In this document: positions 9,945 to 20,511 of the stretch, in pieces
Layout: every line of letters starts with the position of its first letter
Numbering within the stretch: the stretch's first letter is position 1
Virus record (IMG/VR): IMGVR_UViG_3300045594_000116
Span: 32,001 to 96,000 of that record
Reading direction: 5' to 3' (one strand)
Source of the DNA: a virus
Lineage: Duplodnaviria > Caudoviricetes
Length of the DNA stretch: 64,000 bases
Notes under the pieces: generated by a model
What the model was told of the DNA's origin: nothing
Databases searched by the model: none
Seen by the model: only the letters and a program-made list of their open reading frames with translations
Made by a program: the position numbers and the translations under genes

Positions 9945-9955
9945 GATATTTTGTC

Positions 9956-10744
9956 TCAAATCACCATATTGATGAATGTTGAATACAGTTGCTGCAATAG
10001 ACAATAATTGTATGATGTATCAATGAACTTTTTATACCTTTCGATATCCTCTGGCAACTGCTGAAGATAAGCTCTTCCGCCCTGCAAACGATAGAATGTT
10101 CTAAACAGAGATCTGTTGTTAAACTCCCTAAAGTTATTCGGATCGATTTGCCAGTTAAGATATAAACTAGATATATTTTGAATAATGTCAAGAGCATCTT
10201 TAGCTGAAACCATACTGCATGAGAATATTGTAGCCAGTATATCTGACATATATCCTTCATGTAATTTAAGTGTTTCATCGCCAATCCCTTTGACATCTAA
10301 AAGTTCATCATCAGAGCTTACCGCATAGTAAGCTTCTATTTTGTCAAGCAGTTTGCAGAACACATTATACGTATTCCTACAAGTAAAGTGTAAACAACCA
10401 AAGTCAGTATCTTTTGGAACTTTATTAAGAACGAATATCGCATCCTTTCTAACAGATACGATATCATTCTGTGTTATTCCATTAGCATCATAGAACAATT
10501 GTCGAGCTTCAGCAAATCCAGACAGCAAAGACTTGCTAAGTTCTGGATCTTGCTTCTGCATAAGTCCAACGGTTACCTGTCTCTCCATCCTAGGAGCTAC
10601 GTACAAATAATCATATTGCTCTTTTGAAATCAGATGCTTGTAATACAAGATAGATATGTTAGCTTTAGACATATCATACTCTCGTATATACCCCTTGATA
10701 TAAGGCAAGGGAGTGGTATATCTATCTGGATTAGACTGACCCAT
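9956..10744 (-). CDS. Small DNA-polymerase-palm-like protein (divergent family B-like)
   Basis: REYDMSKANISIL resembles motif A, VRKDAIF resembles motif C, and DVKGI follows. Only 262 aa. Confidence 0.5.
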   Translation of the reverse strand: MGQSNPDRYTTPLPYIKGYIREYDMSKANISILYYKHLISKEQYDYLYVAPRMERQVTVGLMQKQDPELSKSLLSGFAEARQLFYDANGITQNDIVSVRKDAIFVLNKVPKDTDFGCLHFTCRNTYNVFCKLLDKIEAYYAVSSDDELLDVKGIGDETLKLHEGYMSDILATIFSCSMVSAKDALDIIQNISSLYLNWQIDPNNFREFNNRSLFRTFYRLQGGRAYLQQLPEDIERYKKFIDTSYNYCLLQQLYSTFINMVI

Positions 10745-11246
10745 TGTTCATGTCCTCCACCATATCGAGACTTGATTTCAAAGCCTCAATATTAGCTGTT
10801 CTCTGCGTATACCATTCTTTATCTTGCATGAATGCTTGCAGTCCTGCAGGACTCATACAAGTATCTGTGCACTTACCGATGTCTTCAACGTCATATGCAA
10901 TAATCGCCTTGAGTCCATACCTAGAACGGATGAACTTGATAAGGCAATCTACAATAGAATCTATAACGTCGTATCTGAAATCCGTAAAAACTACCGCATT
11001 GCTAGAATAGTAATCTCCCATGATAATTTCCATGAAAGTTATGAACGCATTTTGATCATTCAAAATCCAACCAGTATAAAACTGCTCGAAAAGATTGCTA
11101 TCAAATGACGCTCTGTCCTTAATCTCTTTTGGTGGATATAGTAAATCTACTCTATCCCCAATCATTGCAGGACAGAGTAGATTAAACATATGCCATCCAC
11201 GATCCTTGACATATGGGATCATTGATATATCTGTAAAGACTATCAT
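10731..11246 (-). CDS. Hypothetical protein, probable paralog of 11243-11953
   Basis: Translationally coupled ORF sharing the I.F.D...LL.PP pattern. Confidence 0.7.
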   Translation of the reverse strand: MIVFTDISMIPYVKDRGWHMFNLLCPAMIGDRVDLLYPPKEIKDRASFDSNLFEQFYTGWILNDQNAFITFMEIIMGDYYSSNAVVFTDFRYDVIDSIVDCLIKFIRSRYGLKAIIAYDVEDIGKCTDTCMSPAGLQAFMQDKEWYTQRTANIEALKSSLDMVEDMNNGSV

Positions 11247-11953
11247 TTTATATCAGCTGCCTTCACATCATCCATCAGAAACATCGGGTTTTGCTTTCCG
11301 GCATTCGCCTGAGCTTGTCCCATTGTCTCTGTTTGTAGACGATTCTTTGAATTCGCAATATAAGTCATACAGAACTTAACGCATTCATCCATCCCACCAG
11401 GGAAGTTATAACACATAGCCTTCATCATCTTATCGATAACTACAGGAGCTGGTGGAACCCATGCCGGCATCATCATACAATACTGGCTGAATGGGATGTA
11501 ATCAAATGAGTATAACAGATTAGCGATACAAGCCATATGCTGAGGATCGCCAATCATAGTTGCTGGAACTGCCATGGAGCCAATATTGATACCGAATTGC
11601 TCTGCAAAATACTGAGCAAAGATCTGAATGAAGTTAAATGCCATAGATTCATCTATAGGCAGGTAAATCATTACATTGATTCCAGCCATCAGTGCCAATA
11701 ATACCACGCCGATAGATTCCATTGGATCTTTTGTATTCAGATACTGCCGATAGATAGCTTCTGCAGTAACTTTATCTCCGTCGATCTCCGAAGTAATAGC
11801 TGCCGTTGGAGGCAGCAGATTACTCAATGGAACAATGTCGGAGAACTGTCTATATGGTGTTGGGTCATCAACCAATGCGATGACCTTGTAGTGATTAGCC
11901 ATGGCCCACTGAACATCTTCCATAGAATCACTGAAAATGATGTTTCCCCACAT
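11243..11953 (-). CDS. Hypothetical protein
   Basis: 236-aa ORF with RBS, within an operon. Confidence 0.75.
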   Translation of the reverse strand: MWGNIIFSDSMEDVQWAMANHYKVIALVDDPTPYRQFSDIVPLSNLLPPTAAITSEIDGDKVTAEAIYRQYLNTKDPMESIGVVLLALMAGINVMIYLPIDESMAFNFIQIFAQYFAEQFGINIGSMAVPATMIGDPQHMACIANLLYSFDYIPFSQYCMMMPAWVPPAPVVIDKMMKAMCYNFPGGMDECVKFCMTYIANSKNRLQTETMGQAQANAGKQNPMFLMDDVKAADIK

Positions 11954-11969
11954 TGTGGTTCACTCTCCT

Positions 11970-13580
11970 TTAATAAAGGTCTTTGGCTGTAACCGCATGA
12001 ACCTCAAAGTCATCCTCTTTAGTTGGCGGTGCAGCTTCTTCCTCTTCTTCAGTAGTTTCGTTTTCAACCTCTTCAGGATTATGATTATAACCCATACCGG
12101 TCTCAACGAAATCGTCGACTACCTGTTTAACTACCTTCTCATTGATATTCGGATATTCGATGAGAGTAGCCGTGATCAGATAATCCAACATACGATTCTT
12201 CTGATCATCGTTTGCTTTCTTTTCGGCTTCTTCATCTGTAAGACCTTCAGTATCCTTAGTAAGGAACTCATAAGCCTTATCATTGATGAATTCGCGAATC
12301 ATTACACGAGCAGCCGCTCCGACCTTACCTTCAGCGATAAGTTCGTCTGTTTCAGCAGCAACCTCTCTTTGCTCTTTAAGAGTATCCTCAGCGAAGCTCT
12401 TTACAACGTCGTTCATCTCTTCTTTGGTGAACACACGCTCATGCTCAGTGTTATACTCTTCCTTATGGCATCCACACTGCTCGCATTCACATGCTTCATT
12501 CTTTGGAGCTGCGGATTCCCCTTCGACAATAAGAAGTTCTTCTTTCTTCTTTGGGACTTCAGCCGTAACTGTTTTTGCCGGCTTATGTTCGAACTGCTGT
12601 TTTTCATTTCGATTGTTCTTGTTACGCTTATTCTTGCGCTGACGATATACGATAGAGATTCCATCTCCATAGCTCGGACGAATCTTGATGACATCATCAC
12701 CCATAATATCGTTCTCCGGAGCTTCAGGACTCCACCCATACGTAGTACCATCGGCTCTTGTAATACCTACTTTTCCTGCCATTTTTATATTCCTTCTTTC
12801 TGAATTATACTTGTCTGACAGCGACATAGCTCCATTGTCTTTGCCCAATGATCTTGCGCTATATCTCTTATGACAACACTCACATACTAAGGTGTTATAA
12901 CCGTCATCATAATCTATCAGACCACCACAAACTGTTCCATTAGGTAGCACATTAGTGCATACCAATTTATTTCCATCTACCTCATAGAGATATGGAAAGT
13001 CTAATAATACTGGTCCAAAATTTTCTCTTAATCCCCAATTCTTGAAGAAGTCTGTTCCGATATCCTCAAGCACATACTTTCCAAGTATCTTTCGATTAAG
13101 AAGATCGAAGATATCTCCAGCCACATTAGAAAATTCATGTCTTGAGAGAATTGGCTCAACCCTCTCGAACATTCCAACGGTTCCGCATGGAGTTACATCG
13201 AATACCTTTGGGAAAAATGGTTTCAAGAACTGCTGATTAAAATACTCAGCAGGAGAGTCCCTGATCCCAACATCGTCTATAGCTATCTTAAACAGAAAGG
13301 ACTGATCAAAGTCACAACGATATATGACTCGATTAGTCCCTGCTGTCATTCTTATGAATCCTTTCGGATTCAAGATATTATCCATCATCTTAAACTTTTT
13401 CTTCTTACTTGTACCACCAAGTCTAGGAGATGTAGCTATATACCTAAGATCATCAATATCTTTCTGAGAAAGATATGCTGCGATTGGCGGATGGATTAAA
13501 CCATCCCAATCGAAGTTTTCAATCTTTTTATGCTTACCATAGATGGCAGCCAGAGAGGCTGCTCTCATTTGAATAGCCAT
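11970..13580 (-). CDS. Protein-kinase-like domain + Zn ribbon + acidic C-terminal region
   Basis: GTNRVIY (Gly-loop-like), LFKIA (Lys), D...KNWG (catalytic-loop-like) and VLLDF, followed by C..C/CECC. Confidence 0.6.
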   Translation of the reverse strand: MAIQMRAASLAAIYGKHKKIENFDWDGLIHPPIAAYLSQKDIDDLRYIATSPRLGGTSKKKKFKMMDNILNPKGFIRMTAGTNRVIYRCDFDQSFLFKIAIDDVGIRDSPAEYFNQQFLKPFFPKVFDVTPCGTVGMFERVEPILSRHEFSNVAGDIFDLLNRKILGKYVLEDIGTDFFKNWGLRENFGPVLLDFPYLYEVDGNKLVCTNVLPNGTVCGGLIDYDDGYNTLVCECCHKRYSARSLGKDNGAMSLSDKYNSERRNIKMAGKVGITRADGTTYGWSPEAPENDIMGDDVIKIRPSYGDGISIVYRQRKNKRNKNNRNEKQQFEHKPAKTVTAEVPKKKEELLIVEGESAAPKNEACECEQCGCHKEEYNTEHERVFTKEEMNDVVKSFAEDTLKEQREVAAETDELIAEGKVGAAARVMIREFINDKAYEFLTKDTEGLTDEEAEKKANDDQKNRMLDYLITATLIEYPNINEKVVKQVVDDFVETGMGYNHNPEEVENETTEEEEEAAPPTKEDDFEVHAVTAKDLY

Positions 13581-13592
13581 GTGTCTGCCTCC

Positions 13593-16500
13593 TTAAGCGA
13601 TAGTTCCTCTTGGCGTACTATGGAAGATGGCATCGATGAACTTCTGCCTCTTGTCATTATACTCCTTAGAGTCAGTGAACTTATACTCTTCTCCACGCAT
13701 AGCAGCATCTTGCATTGCGCTCTTAGTCACAAGATCCATATATCCTTTCGGATCATAGAGATTCTTCATACTTCTTATCTGCTCTTCGATACGCTCATCG
13801 GCGCAACGTGCATGTAAGAATGACCAAGCATCCAAGAACTCTGCAGTAGTCATATCATCTCTCATATAGCCCTGATCGAATTCTCTCCAGTTTTTCATGG
13901 TTTCAGATCTAACCTGATACATGATTTGTTCTTTGGTAGGCTGCATAGCGATAGCTCTATTGAGGAAGTCGCTAACCAATCCACTCATATGAGCTTTGTA
14001 GGCTCTCCACTTCTCGATACGCTGCTTCTTAGTGGTAGTCCTAGGTCCATACCACCACTCATCAAACACCTTGTCGAAATCTTGTGGTTTACCATCCCAA
14101 CAGCCGCGTTTCAGCTTCTTCCAAATCATATACTGATTATGTGCATCGATCTGAATCGGTGGGAGTTCATCAAGCTTATTCTTGATAGCCTGATGTCCCT
14201 GATCATCACCATAAGAGATAACCTGAATGTTTCTTAAAGCCTGAAGACGACGCATGATATTCATTACGCTATTCTCATCGCCTTCCATCCCTGCGGATTT
14301 CTTGGCTTCGCTATTAATGATATCAGCCTGACGCTGGTAAGATCTGATAATCTGTTTTTCCTTACCTGCGACACTGCTTTCTTCTGCCTTCTTTTCAAGC
14401 TCATTTGCCATGCGCTTTAATTCATCCATCTTATACTCATGGATAGGTTCATCGATAGTGACATTGTCATTTATAGACATGAATACGTTCTTTGTTGGAG
14501 CTGCTGGATCTTGATTACGATAACGAGTAAGCTGATCAACAGCTTCTCTTCTTACTTCCAGATACTCCTGCAAAGGTTTATTCTTTCTAAACCAAAGAAG
14601 ATTATCGGCCATAGTCTGATTATATCTAGCTAATGCATCAGCCAGTTTATACTCGACATCGTCTTCTTTCTTCATCTGATTCAGTACGCTTGCTTCTTTA
14701 TAGTTAAGAGCCGGCTCCTCTACAGCTTCTTCTGTCTCTCCCGGCGCTCTCCTAACAATAGTAATTCCAGTACCGTCAGTTTCTGGATTGTAGAAGCGAA
14801 TCTTGTTCTTACTTCTATATTTTCTACGAAGTTCTTCTACTTCTTTGAATTCTTTTTCTAATGGATTCTTTCCATCTCTGCTGACGGAAACCAATCCAGA
14901 ATACCCGGCTTCGAGTTCTTCTTCTGTCGGTCTCATCCATGCCTTACCCATTCCTGGATAATACATCTGTGGGAAGAACAAATTATCCACATCATCTGGA
15001 ATATGTCCTATTCCTACCGTTGGATCTATGTTCTGCTGATACCCCATCCCCATCATAAATGGAGACTGTTGAATAGGGGTAGCTCCCATAGCTTTCTCTC
15101 TGGCAATCTGCAACGGCGTCTTATACGCTGCTGATCCGTTACCAGCTAAGGTCTCTGCGGTTTGTTTGAATCCCGTCTGCTTAAGTGCATCTACAGATTC
15201 TTTCGACATGGGCTCTAAACCCATGCTTTTAGCCATCTTTGCTTTCTCTTCTGCAAAGCCTGGCTGTGATTCATGAATACCCTCTGGATGTGCATCAGTA
15301 TAGATCGTCATATTCTGAGGCGTGTAAGCTCCCGGAGTACAGCGTCTCTGCATCTCGGCTCTTACCTTTTCTCTATACTCTTTGATGCTAGCTCTTCCCT
15401 CCGGAGTTGTAGGATCTGCTGGACTTTGATCCAAACCTGCATCTACCGGAATTCCTCCTCTGAGTACATTACCAAAGCTGCTAAGCTTAAGCTCTGAACT
15501 TCCATCTGCTTCATGTTTAGTGCACATTCTGTCGATGTTTATAGCCTGCTGACTTACTGGTGGCTTATCTCCACCAATCTTCTTTACCTTCAGACCCATC
15601 GCAGCTAACTGACTCTTTACCGAGTTTGCTTGTGCCTGCTGCTGAGGACTAAACATGCTGGGAGTTGGTATAGCCATCCCAGGTGGCATTGTTGGGCTCG
15701 CCATAAAACCCATATTCATTGGCATTGCAAATCCAGAATTACCACCAGTGAATCCATTAGAGAAACTCATAGGAGTTTGCATCTGTTGCTGCTGAACTAC
15801 TGGTCTTGGTGCATTCGGATGCTGGGTCTGATCTGCCATTCTGAGAGATACTTCCAACGGAGGAATAACTCCCTTGGCATTCTCATCATAAACAAATGAT
15901 TCTTTCTTCTCCTCTTCTTCAGTCATGATAAGAGAAGACGGATCAACGGACAACTCACTCGGAGTTGCCCCACTATTAGTGTCTACCATGCCATCCATAA
16001 AGCTATTCTGCTTTACCGGCTCTGATGGCTGCTGTTTTTCGTTTGCATGTACGTTAGTAAATCCTGCTAACCCTACCTGCATCGGCTGATTGTTCGGCTG
16101 TCCAAACCATCTCATTGGATTGAACATTTGCAATTCCTGTTGTGCCATTATGTCTCCCATCTGGGCACGGTTGTACAGAAATACGTAGTAGCCATAGCAT
16201 ACTTGATAATCCTGTGCAAACTGATTGCCCATTTGAATTTGGCCTGGATTCATCATAGGTTGCTGCTGCTGCATCTGAGGATTAGTAATCTGCTCGATAT
16301 CCTCGATGCCTCCCTCGACTAATGAATCATATCCGATATCCATTCCTTCAACGATAGAGTCACTGAAAGACTTTTGTTCTTCTGGAACGGACACTGGTTG
16401 TTCTACTTTCTCTTCAGGCGTATTGAAATAGTTGATAGGCCTGGATTTTTTTATTTCGTCCTCCATACCTTTCATATACCTTCTCTGCCCGTCAAGACCT

Positions 16501-16991
16501 TTATACGGATCTTTCTTTCCTTTCTGTGCTTTAAGTTGTTCGGCTAGGCCCTCCATCGTTAACGGCTTCTGCTCAATTGGCGGAAGACCTATAGAGGCCC
16601 TATATTCAGGGTCGAACTTTCTCTTGGCATTTACTACATGCATCATATTGATGACACTCTGCAAGCTCTCATCACTTACCAGCTCATCATCAAATACTAA
16701 TGTATGATGGTCAAAGTCAAGATGCATATACGCATACGGATAGCGATAGCATGCTTCTTGGAGATCACCACCACAAGCCATTACGATCTCGTTGAACTTA
16801 TTAATCTCTTCCTTGGTAAGGTACCGGCTAAACACCTGATACCCGAAATGAACGTGATTATTTTCGAGATCAGAGAGCAACTTACGCTGCTCATCATCAC
16901 TCATATTCTCGAGCTCGAATTCTGCTTTTTCTTTATACCCTTCGTTATAATATCCACCGAAGTGGAGAATCTCGTTTACTAACTTTTCCAT
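13593..16991 (-). CDS. Large hypothetical protein with a Q/M/P-rich low-complexity central region
   Basis: Long ORF. The GGAGG RBS favours the MEKLV start at 16991. Confidence 0.8.
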   Translation of the reverse strand: MEKLVNEILHFGGYYNEGYKEKAEFELENMSDDEQRKLLSDLENNHVHFGYQVFSRYLTKEEINKFNEIVMACGGDLQEACYRYPYAYMHLDFDHHTLVFDDELVSDESLQSVINMMHVVNAKRKFDPEYRASIGLPPIEQKPLTMEGLAEQLKAQKGKKDPYKGLDGQRRYMKGMEDEIKKSRPINYFNTPEEKVEQPVSVPEEQKSFSDSIVEGMDIGYDSLVEGGIEDIEQITNPQMQQQQPMMNPGQIQMGNQFAQDYQVCYGYYVFLYNRAQMGDIMAQQELQMFNPMRWFGQPNNQPMQVGLAGFTNVHANEKQQPSEPVKQNSFMDGMVDTNSGATPSELSVDPSSLIMTEEEEKKESFVYDENAKGVIPPLEVSLRMADQTQHPNAPRPVVQQQQMQTPMSFSNGFTGGNSGFAMPMNMGFMASPTMPPGMAIPTPSMFSPQQQAQANSVKSQLAAMGLKVKKIGGDKPPVSQQAINIDRMCTKHEADGSSELKLSSFGNVLRGGIPVDAGLDQSPADPTTPEGRASIKEYREKVRAEMQRRCTPGAYTPQNMTIYTDAHPEGIHESQPGFAEEKAKMAKSMGLEPMSKESVDALKQTGFKQTAETLAGNGSAAYKTPLQIAREKAMGATPIQQSPFMMGMGYQQNIDPTVGIGHIPDDVDNLFFPQMYYPGMGKAWMRPTEEELEAGYSGLVSVSRDGKNPLEKEFKEVEELRRKYRSKNKIRFYNPETDGTGITIVRRAPGETEEAVEEPALNYKEASVLNQMKKEDDVEYKLADALARYNQTMADNLLWFRKNKPLQEYLEVRREAVDQLTRYRNQDPAAPTKNVFMSINDNVTIDEPIHEYKMDELKRMANELEKKAEESSVAGKEKQIIRSYQRQADIINSEAKKSAGMEGDENSVMNIMRRLQALRNIQVISYGDDQGHQAIKNKLDELPPIQIDAHNQYMIWKKLKRGCWDGKPQDFDKVFDEWWYGPRTTTKKQRIEKWRAYKAHMSGLVSDFLNRAIAMQPTKEQIMYQVRSETMKNWREFDQGYMRDDMTTAEFLDAWSFLHARCADERIEEQIRSMKNLYDPKGYMDLVTKSAMQDAAMRGEEYKFTDSKEYNDKRQKFIDAIFHSTPRGTIA

Positions 16992-17022
16992 TTTATATAC
17001 CTCCATCTAGAAGGCGGTTTGT

Positions 17023-17466
17023 TCAATCTGACGATCGCCCCGATTCTATGATATCTCTAATAGAGTTGAACATGTTCTCGGAAACTTGATTGATGTCAGC
17101 TGAGCAATCCCGCTCGTTTTTGTAGTTACGGACGATATCTCCAATATTGCTTCTAAGCATTTGGAGTACGCCCTCTTTGCTGCGATCATCTGCACATCTA
17201 TAATATATAGATGCATATCTGATACACGTTTCGACGATAAGTCCGAGATCCAGTCCACCTCCATTCTCTGCCGTTATGGTGCACTTACTAAACGAATGGC
17301 GAAGCAATGAATATATCGCATCTCTCAGCATATTATATCCATCCTCGCCAAACTTCGGAACCTCGGGAGATAACTTCTTGAACGTTTCGTATGTCGGTGT
17401 AGCGATCACATCGCTATTGTACCGATTCCCTCTTACGACTGTTACAAATCCGTTATTTTCTCTCAT
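17023..17466 (-). CDS. Hypothetical protein
   Basis: 147-aa ORF with AAGGAG RBS, within an operon. Confidence 0.75.
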   Translation of the reverse strand: MRENNGFVTVVRGNRYNSDVIATPTYETFKKLSPEVPKFGEDGYNMLRDAIYSLLRHSFSKCTITAENGGGLDLGLIVETCIRYASIYYRCADDRSKEGVLQMLRSNIGDIVRNYKNERDCSADINQVSENMFNSIRDIIESGRSSD

Positions 17467-17481
17467 GCTATCGTCTCCTTA

Positions 17482-18168
17482 TCAACCAATGAGCTTGCGA
17501 TAATCCTGCATCATGCCTATATTAAGGACATTGCTAACTACCACCATTGGCTTCTTGTATTGTTCTTTGTTGAATCCTGGGCTTGTGGTTGCTCTTAGTA
17601 ACGTATCTCTGGTTAGATTATCGATGCAATCATTCCAATACGTTATCTCTCTGATTATATCCTCGCCTACCACAGTCCCATTGTCCTTCTCAAAGTCCTC
17701 CATCATGATCCTCATATCTCTTACATTATCAGGATTCATGTGACCTCTTTGATGAAAGATGTTGAGATGAGTTCTGGCATTGCAGATCAAACCTACAATA
17801 GCAGAAAAGATCTCCTGGTTGGCTACCAGTTGGCCAGATGAATTATGCATCATCCTAGTTGAGGGATCTGTATCCCTAATCCAACTGTATATCCATGCTG
17901 TGAGTCCAGATACACTGATCTTACTGTCTGAGAATAGATTCAAGAAGGCATCATATCCAGCCACTCTTATAAGTGCATCTACTCCCATATAGATTGCCAA
18001 GATCTCTCCATAGTTATTCGTTGAATCAGCTATGATCTTGACTTTCTTGTCTATTACATTACCTTCATATGTAAGGATGTAACCTGACCCTGTAACAACT
18101 GTTCCATCTGCCAGTTTGGTTAAACTAGCATCGCAATAGCAATTCACTGCGTTGAAAAAGCTCAACAC
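17482..18168 (-). CDS. rnhA: Ribonuclease H (type 1)
   Basis: YCDAS, TNNYGEILA, FSDS, HQRGH and NDCID supply the D-E-D-H-D catalytic set. Early promoter at 18191-18200. Confidence 0.85.
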   Translation of the reverse strand: MLSFFNAVNCYCDASLTKLADGTVVTGSGYILTYEGNVIDKKVKIIADSTNNYGEILAIYMGVDALIRVAGYDAFLNLFSDSKISVSGLTAWIYSWIRDTDPSTRMMHNSSGQLVANQEIFSAIVGLICNARTHLNIFHQRGHMNPDNVRDMRIMMEDFEKDNGTVVGEDIIREITYWNDCIDNLTRDTLLRATTSPGFNKEQYKKPMVVVSNVLNIGMMQDYRKLIG

Positions 18169-18294
18169 ATAGATCGCCTCCTTTCACTGTTATAATATAT
18201 GACTATTTATCATATTATTGGCTTCATTGCTGTAGGAGGCCTAAAAGACACGGAAACCCCAGATGGCGCAATGCCATCCGGGATCATAGAAAAA

Positions 18295-18795
18295 TTACCG
18301 TGCAGGCTGGAGAATGCAACGAATACCCTGCTTCTGCAGAACATCGTATGCACGCTCGATCATAGCAACTGCTTCGCATTTCTTCGATTTAAGTTTCTTG
18401 TTATCAGTCTTAGATGCTTCTTTAGCATCCTCGATAGCCTCATCACAAGACTTCTCATCGATCAATACAGCAAATTTACCAGCTTCAAGTTTGAAGTTGT
18501 CGGTGCTATTTGCCTCAGCGATGTCAGTAATGGCTTCTTTGAAGTCATGAACTCCCATCTCCTGCATATAGTCACAGAGCTGGCCGAGTTCAACAAAGTA
18601 GCAATCAAGGCGCTTACAGTCGCGAACTATAACAGCCTCAGCCATATGCTTGAGCTCACCCTTCTTCAATGGTTCCATAGAAGACAAAATATTTGTCAAT
18701 TTCATCTTCCCAATCTCTGCATTGAGATTTTCATAGCAATGATTGTTATCATTCTTTGCCATCTCAAGCAGACACTCTATACCTGTTCTAATCAT
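18295..18795 (-). CDS. Late hypothetical protein, possibly a head component
   Basis: GGAGG RBS, late promoter at 18840-18851, terminator hairpin near 18255-18283. Confidence 0.7.
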   Translation of the reverse strand: MIRTGIECLLEMAKNDNNHCYENLNAEIGKMKLTNILSSMEPLKKGELKHMAEAVIVRDCKRLDCYFVELGQLCDYMQEMGVHDFKEAITDIAEANSTDNFKLEAGKFAVLIDEKSCDEAIEDAKEASKTDNKKLKSKKCEAVAMIERAYDVLQKQGIRCILQPAR

Positions 18796-18902
18796 GGTAT
18801 ATACCTCCTGTTTTTTTAATCAACCCCATATGGGTAGGTTTACCTTTATGTTCACCAAGGGGTTTAAAAGAAAAAAAGAACCCGAGGGTTCTTTTACTCT
18901 AA

Positions 18903-19025
18903 TTACCACAGAATGAAAACGTGGCGCTCAAACCAATTTCTGAGCTTCTCCACCATCCAGGGTCTTTCTTTCGGTAGCGTGATACGTCCAGTTGGTTTCT
19001 TGAATCTTTCTACTACAATTCTCAT
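18903..19025 (-). CDS. Small early protein, 40 aa (MRIVVERFKK...HVFILW), not in the ORF track
   Basis: Has its own TATATATTATA promoter (19067-19077), AGGAGG RBS and downstream terminator aagaaccc/gggttctt. Confidence 0.7.
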   Translation of the reverse strand: MRIVVERFKKPTGRITLPKERPWMVEKLRNWFERHVFILW

Positions 19026-19092
19026 TCTTATTCCTCCTAGAAAACTTATTTATTCACTATCATAGCTATAATATATAATTGAGCTAAGCTAG

Positions 19093-19824
19093 TTATACAT
19101 TTTCTGGTTTGGCATTATTTAGACGATCAAGATTGCTCTTAATGTATGCAAGAACATCATCCATATTGCTAGGCATTCCTGCAAGAGATGCATCGATCGT
19201 AAGAATATGAGGAGCAATAAGAGCTCTAACCGAATCAATATCGAATGTCTCTGAAAGCTTCTCGATCTTTTCTATAGTACAAAGAGTCTCAGGATCAATA
19301 AATGGTTTATACATTTCTAAGAACTTTTTGTACTGTCCAAATACTATTGTAGATGGAACGAACAGATACTGATTATGAACCAGATCATGTATCATCTCAC
19401 ATAATGGAACCAATCCAACCCATTTCTGATAATGAATATAAATAACTTCTTTAGCGACCATTTCGATAGAAAGGTCTTCTCTCATAGCAGCTCTCTTATT
19501 GTATACAGCTAATACAATATCATAGAGAGTGAATGGCTCATGATGTATCTCTATACGAATTTTGAATGATTCAGCATTCGTTACATTTGGAAGATATGCG
19601 CAGTGATCCATTCCTGCATTCTCCCTAAGGTAGTTGATACATCTTTGATACTCTATAGAACTACGTATTTCACGCTCTACATCTTTGATATACATCTTGA
19701 AATCTTTTGGATCATTTAGATCATAATCTTCCCTTGTATAATTAGGGATAGAATTGATGCTCATTTGGTTTTTAGCAGTTGTATCGTAATGACCTTTGTT
19801 AAGGTTGTTAGGATCTCTAGCCAT
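19093..19824 (-). CDS. HNH-like protein, paralog of 8613-9332
   Basis: IEIHH...LCEMIHDLVH; late promoter at 19838-19849. Confidence 0.6.
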   Translation of the reverse strand: MARDPNNLNKGHYDTTAKNQMSINSIPNYTREDYDLNDPKDFKMYIKDVEREIRSSIEYQRCINYLRENAGMDHCAYLPNVTNAESFKIRIEIHHEPFTLYDIVLAVYNKRAAMREDLSIEMVAKEVIYIHYQKWVGLVPLCEMIHDLVHNQYLFVPSTIVFGQYKKFLEMYKPFIDPETLCTIEKIEKLSETFDIDSVRALIAPHILTIDASLAGMPSNMDDVLAYIKSNLDRLNNAKPENV

Positions 19825-19907
19825 TATAATCACCTCTTTAATCGTATGTCAAAAGGCACAATAAGACTCTAGGATCATAGACCCTAGAGTTTATTGAATA
19901 TGATTAT

Positions 19908-20450
19908 TTACTTTTCAGCCGTGATCTTTTCGACCTTCGGTACGCTCTTCTCGTAGACCTTGGCTTCAGTGATGACGTCAGCCTTTTTCGGAGCTACCTC
20001 CTTGGTTTCGTTGATGACCTCGAGCTTCTCTGGAGCCGTCTTTTTTGGAGCTGCTTCCTTAGCGCGATATTTCATAATAGTCCAGCCGTTCTCTTCAAGT
20101 TTCTTGAAATTAGCCAGGTGATTACGACCGTCGCGAAGAGAGATGCGGAACGAATAATGAACCTTACCCTTCTTATTGCGATTGATCTTCCATCCAAAAG
20201 AGCAGAAGCCGCTCGTCTTGAATCCTACTTCATAAGCCGAAATGCTGAAAGCAGGAACAGTAGGAAATTCCGGATTCTGAATAGACGGATAGTGGCGTTT
20301 AACCTCATCCATCATACTGTAAACAACGTCTTTTTCTACGTTAGATTCCCCGAGGATACCGCTTACGAAAGGAATCATCTTACGAAGCTCAATGATACCG
20401 TCTTCAAAAGTATCGAATTCTTTAATATAGTTACTCATGTTCATGGCCAT
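19908..20450 (-). CDS. Hypothetical protein with a K/E/A/P-rich tail
   Basis: 180-aa ORF with RBS, followed by a terminator hairpin near 19864-19892. Confidence 0.75.
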   Translation of the reverse strand: MAMNMSNYIKEFDTFEDGIIELRKMIPFVSGILGESNVEKDVVYSMMDEVKRHYPSIQNPEFPTVPAFSISAYEVGFKTSGFCSFGWKINRNKKGKVHYSFRISLRDGRNHLANFKKLEENGWTIMKYRAKEAAPKKTAPEKLEVINETKEVAPKKADVITEAKVYEKSVPKVEKITAEK

Positions 20451-20511
20451 TAGTAATCTCTCCCTTATGTTTTAGATAGTCACATTTTAGTATTCTGATG
20501 TAATATCAGAA

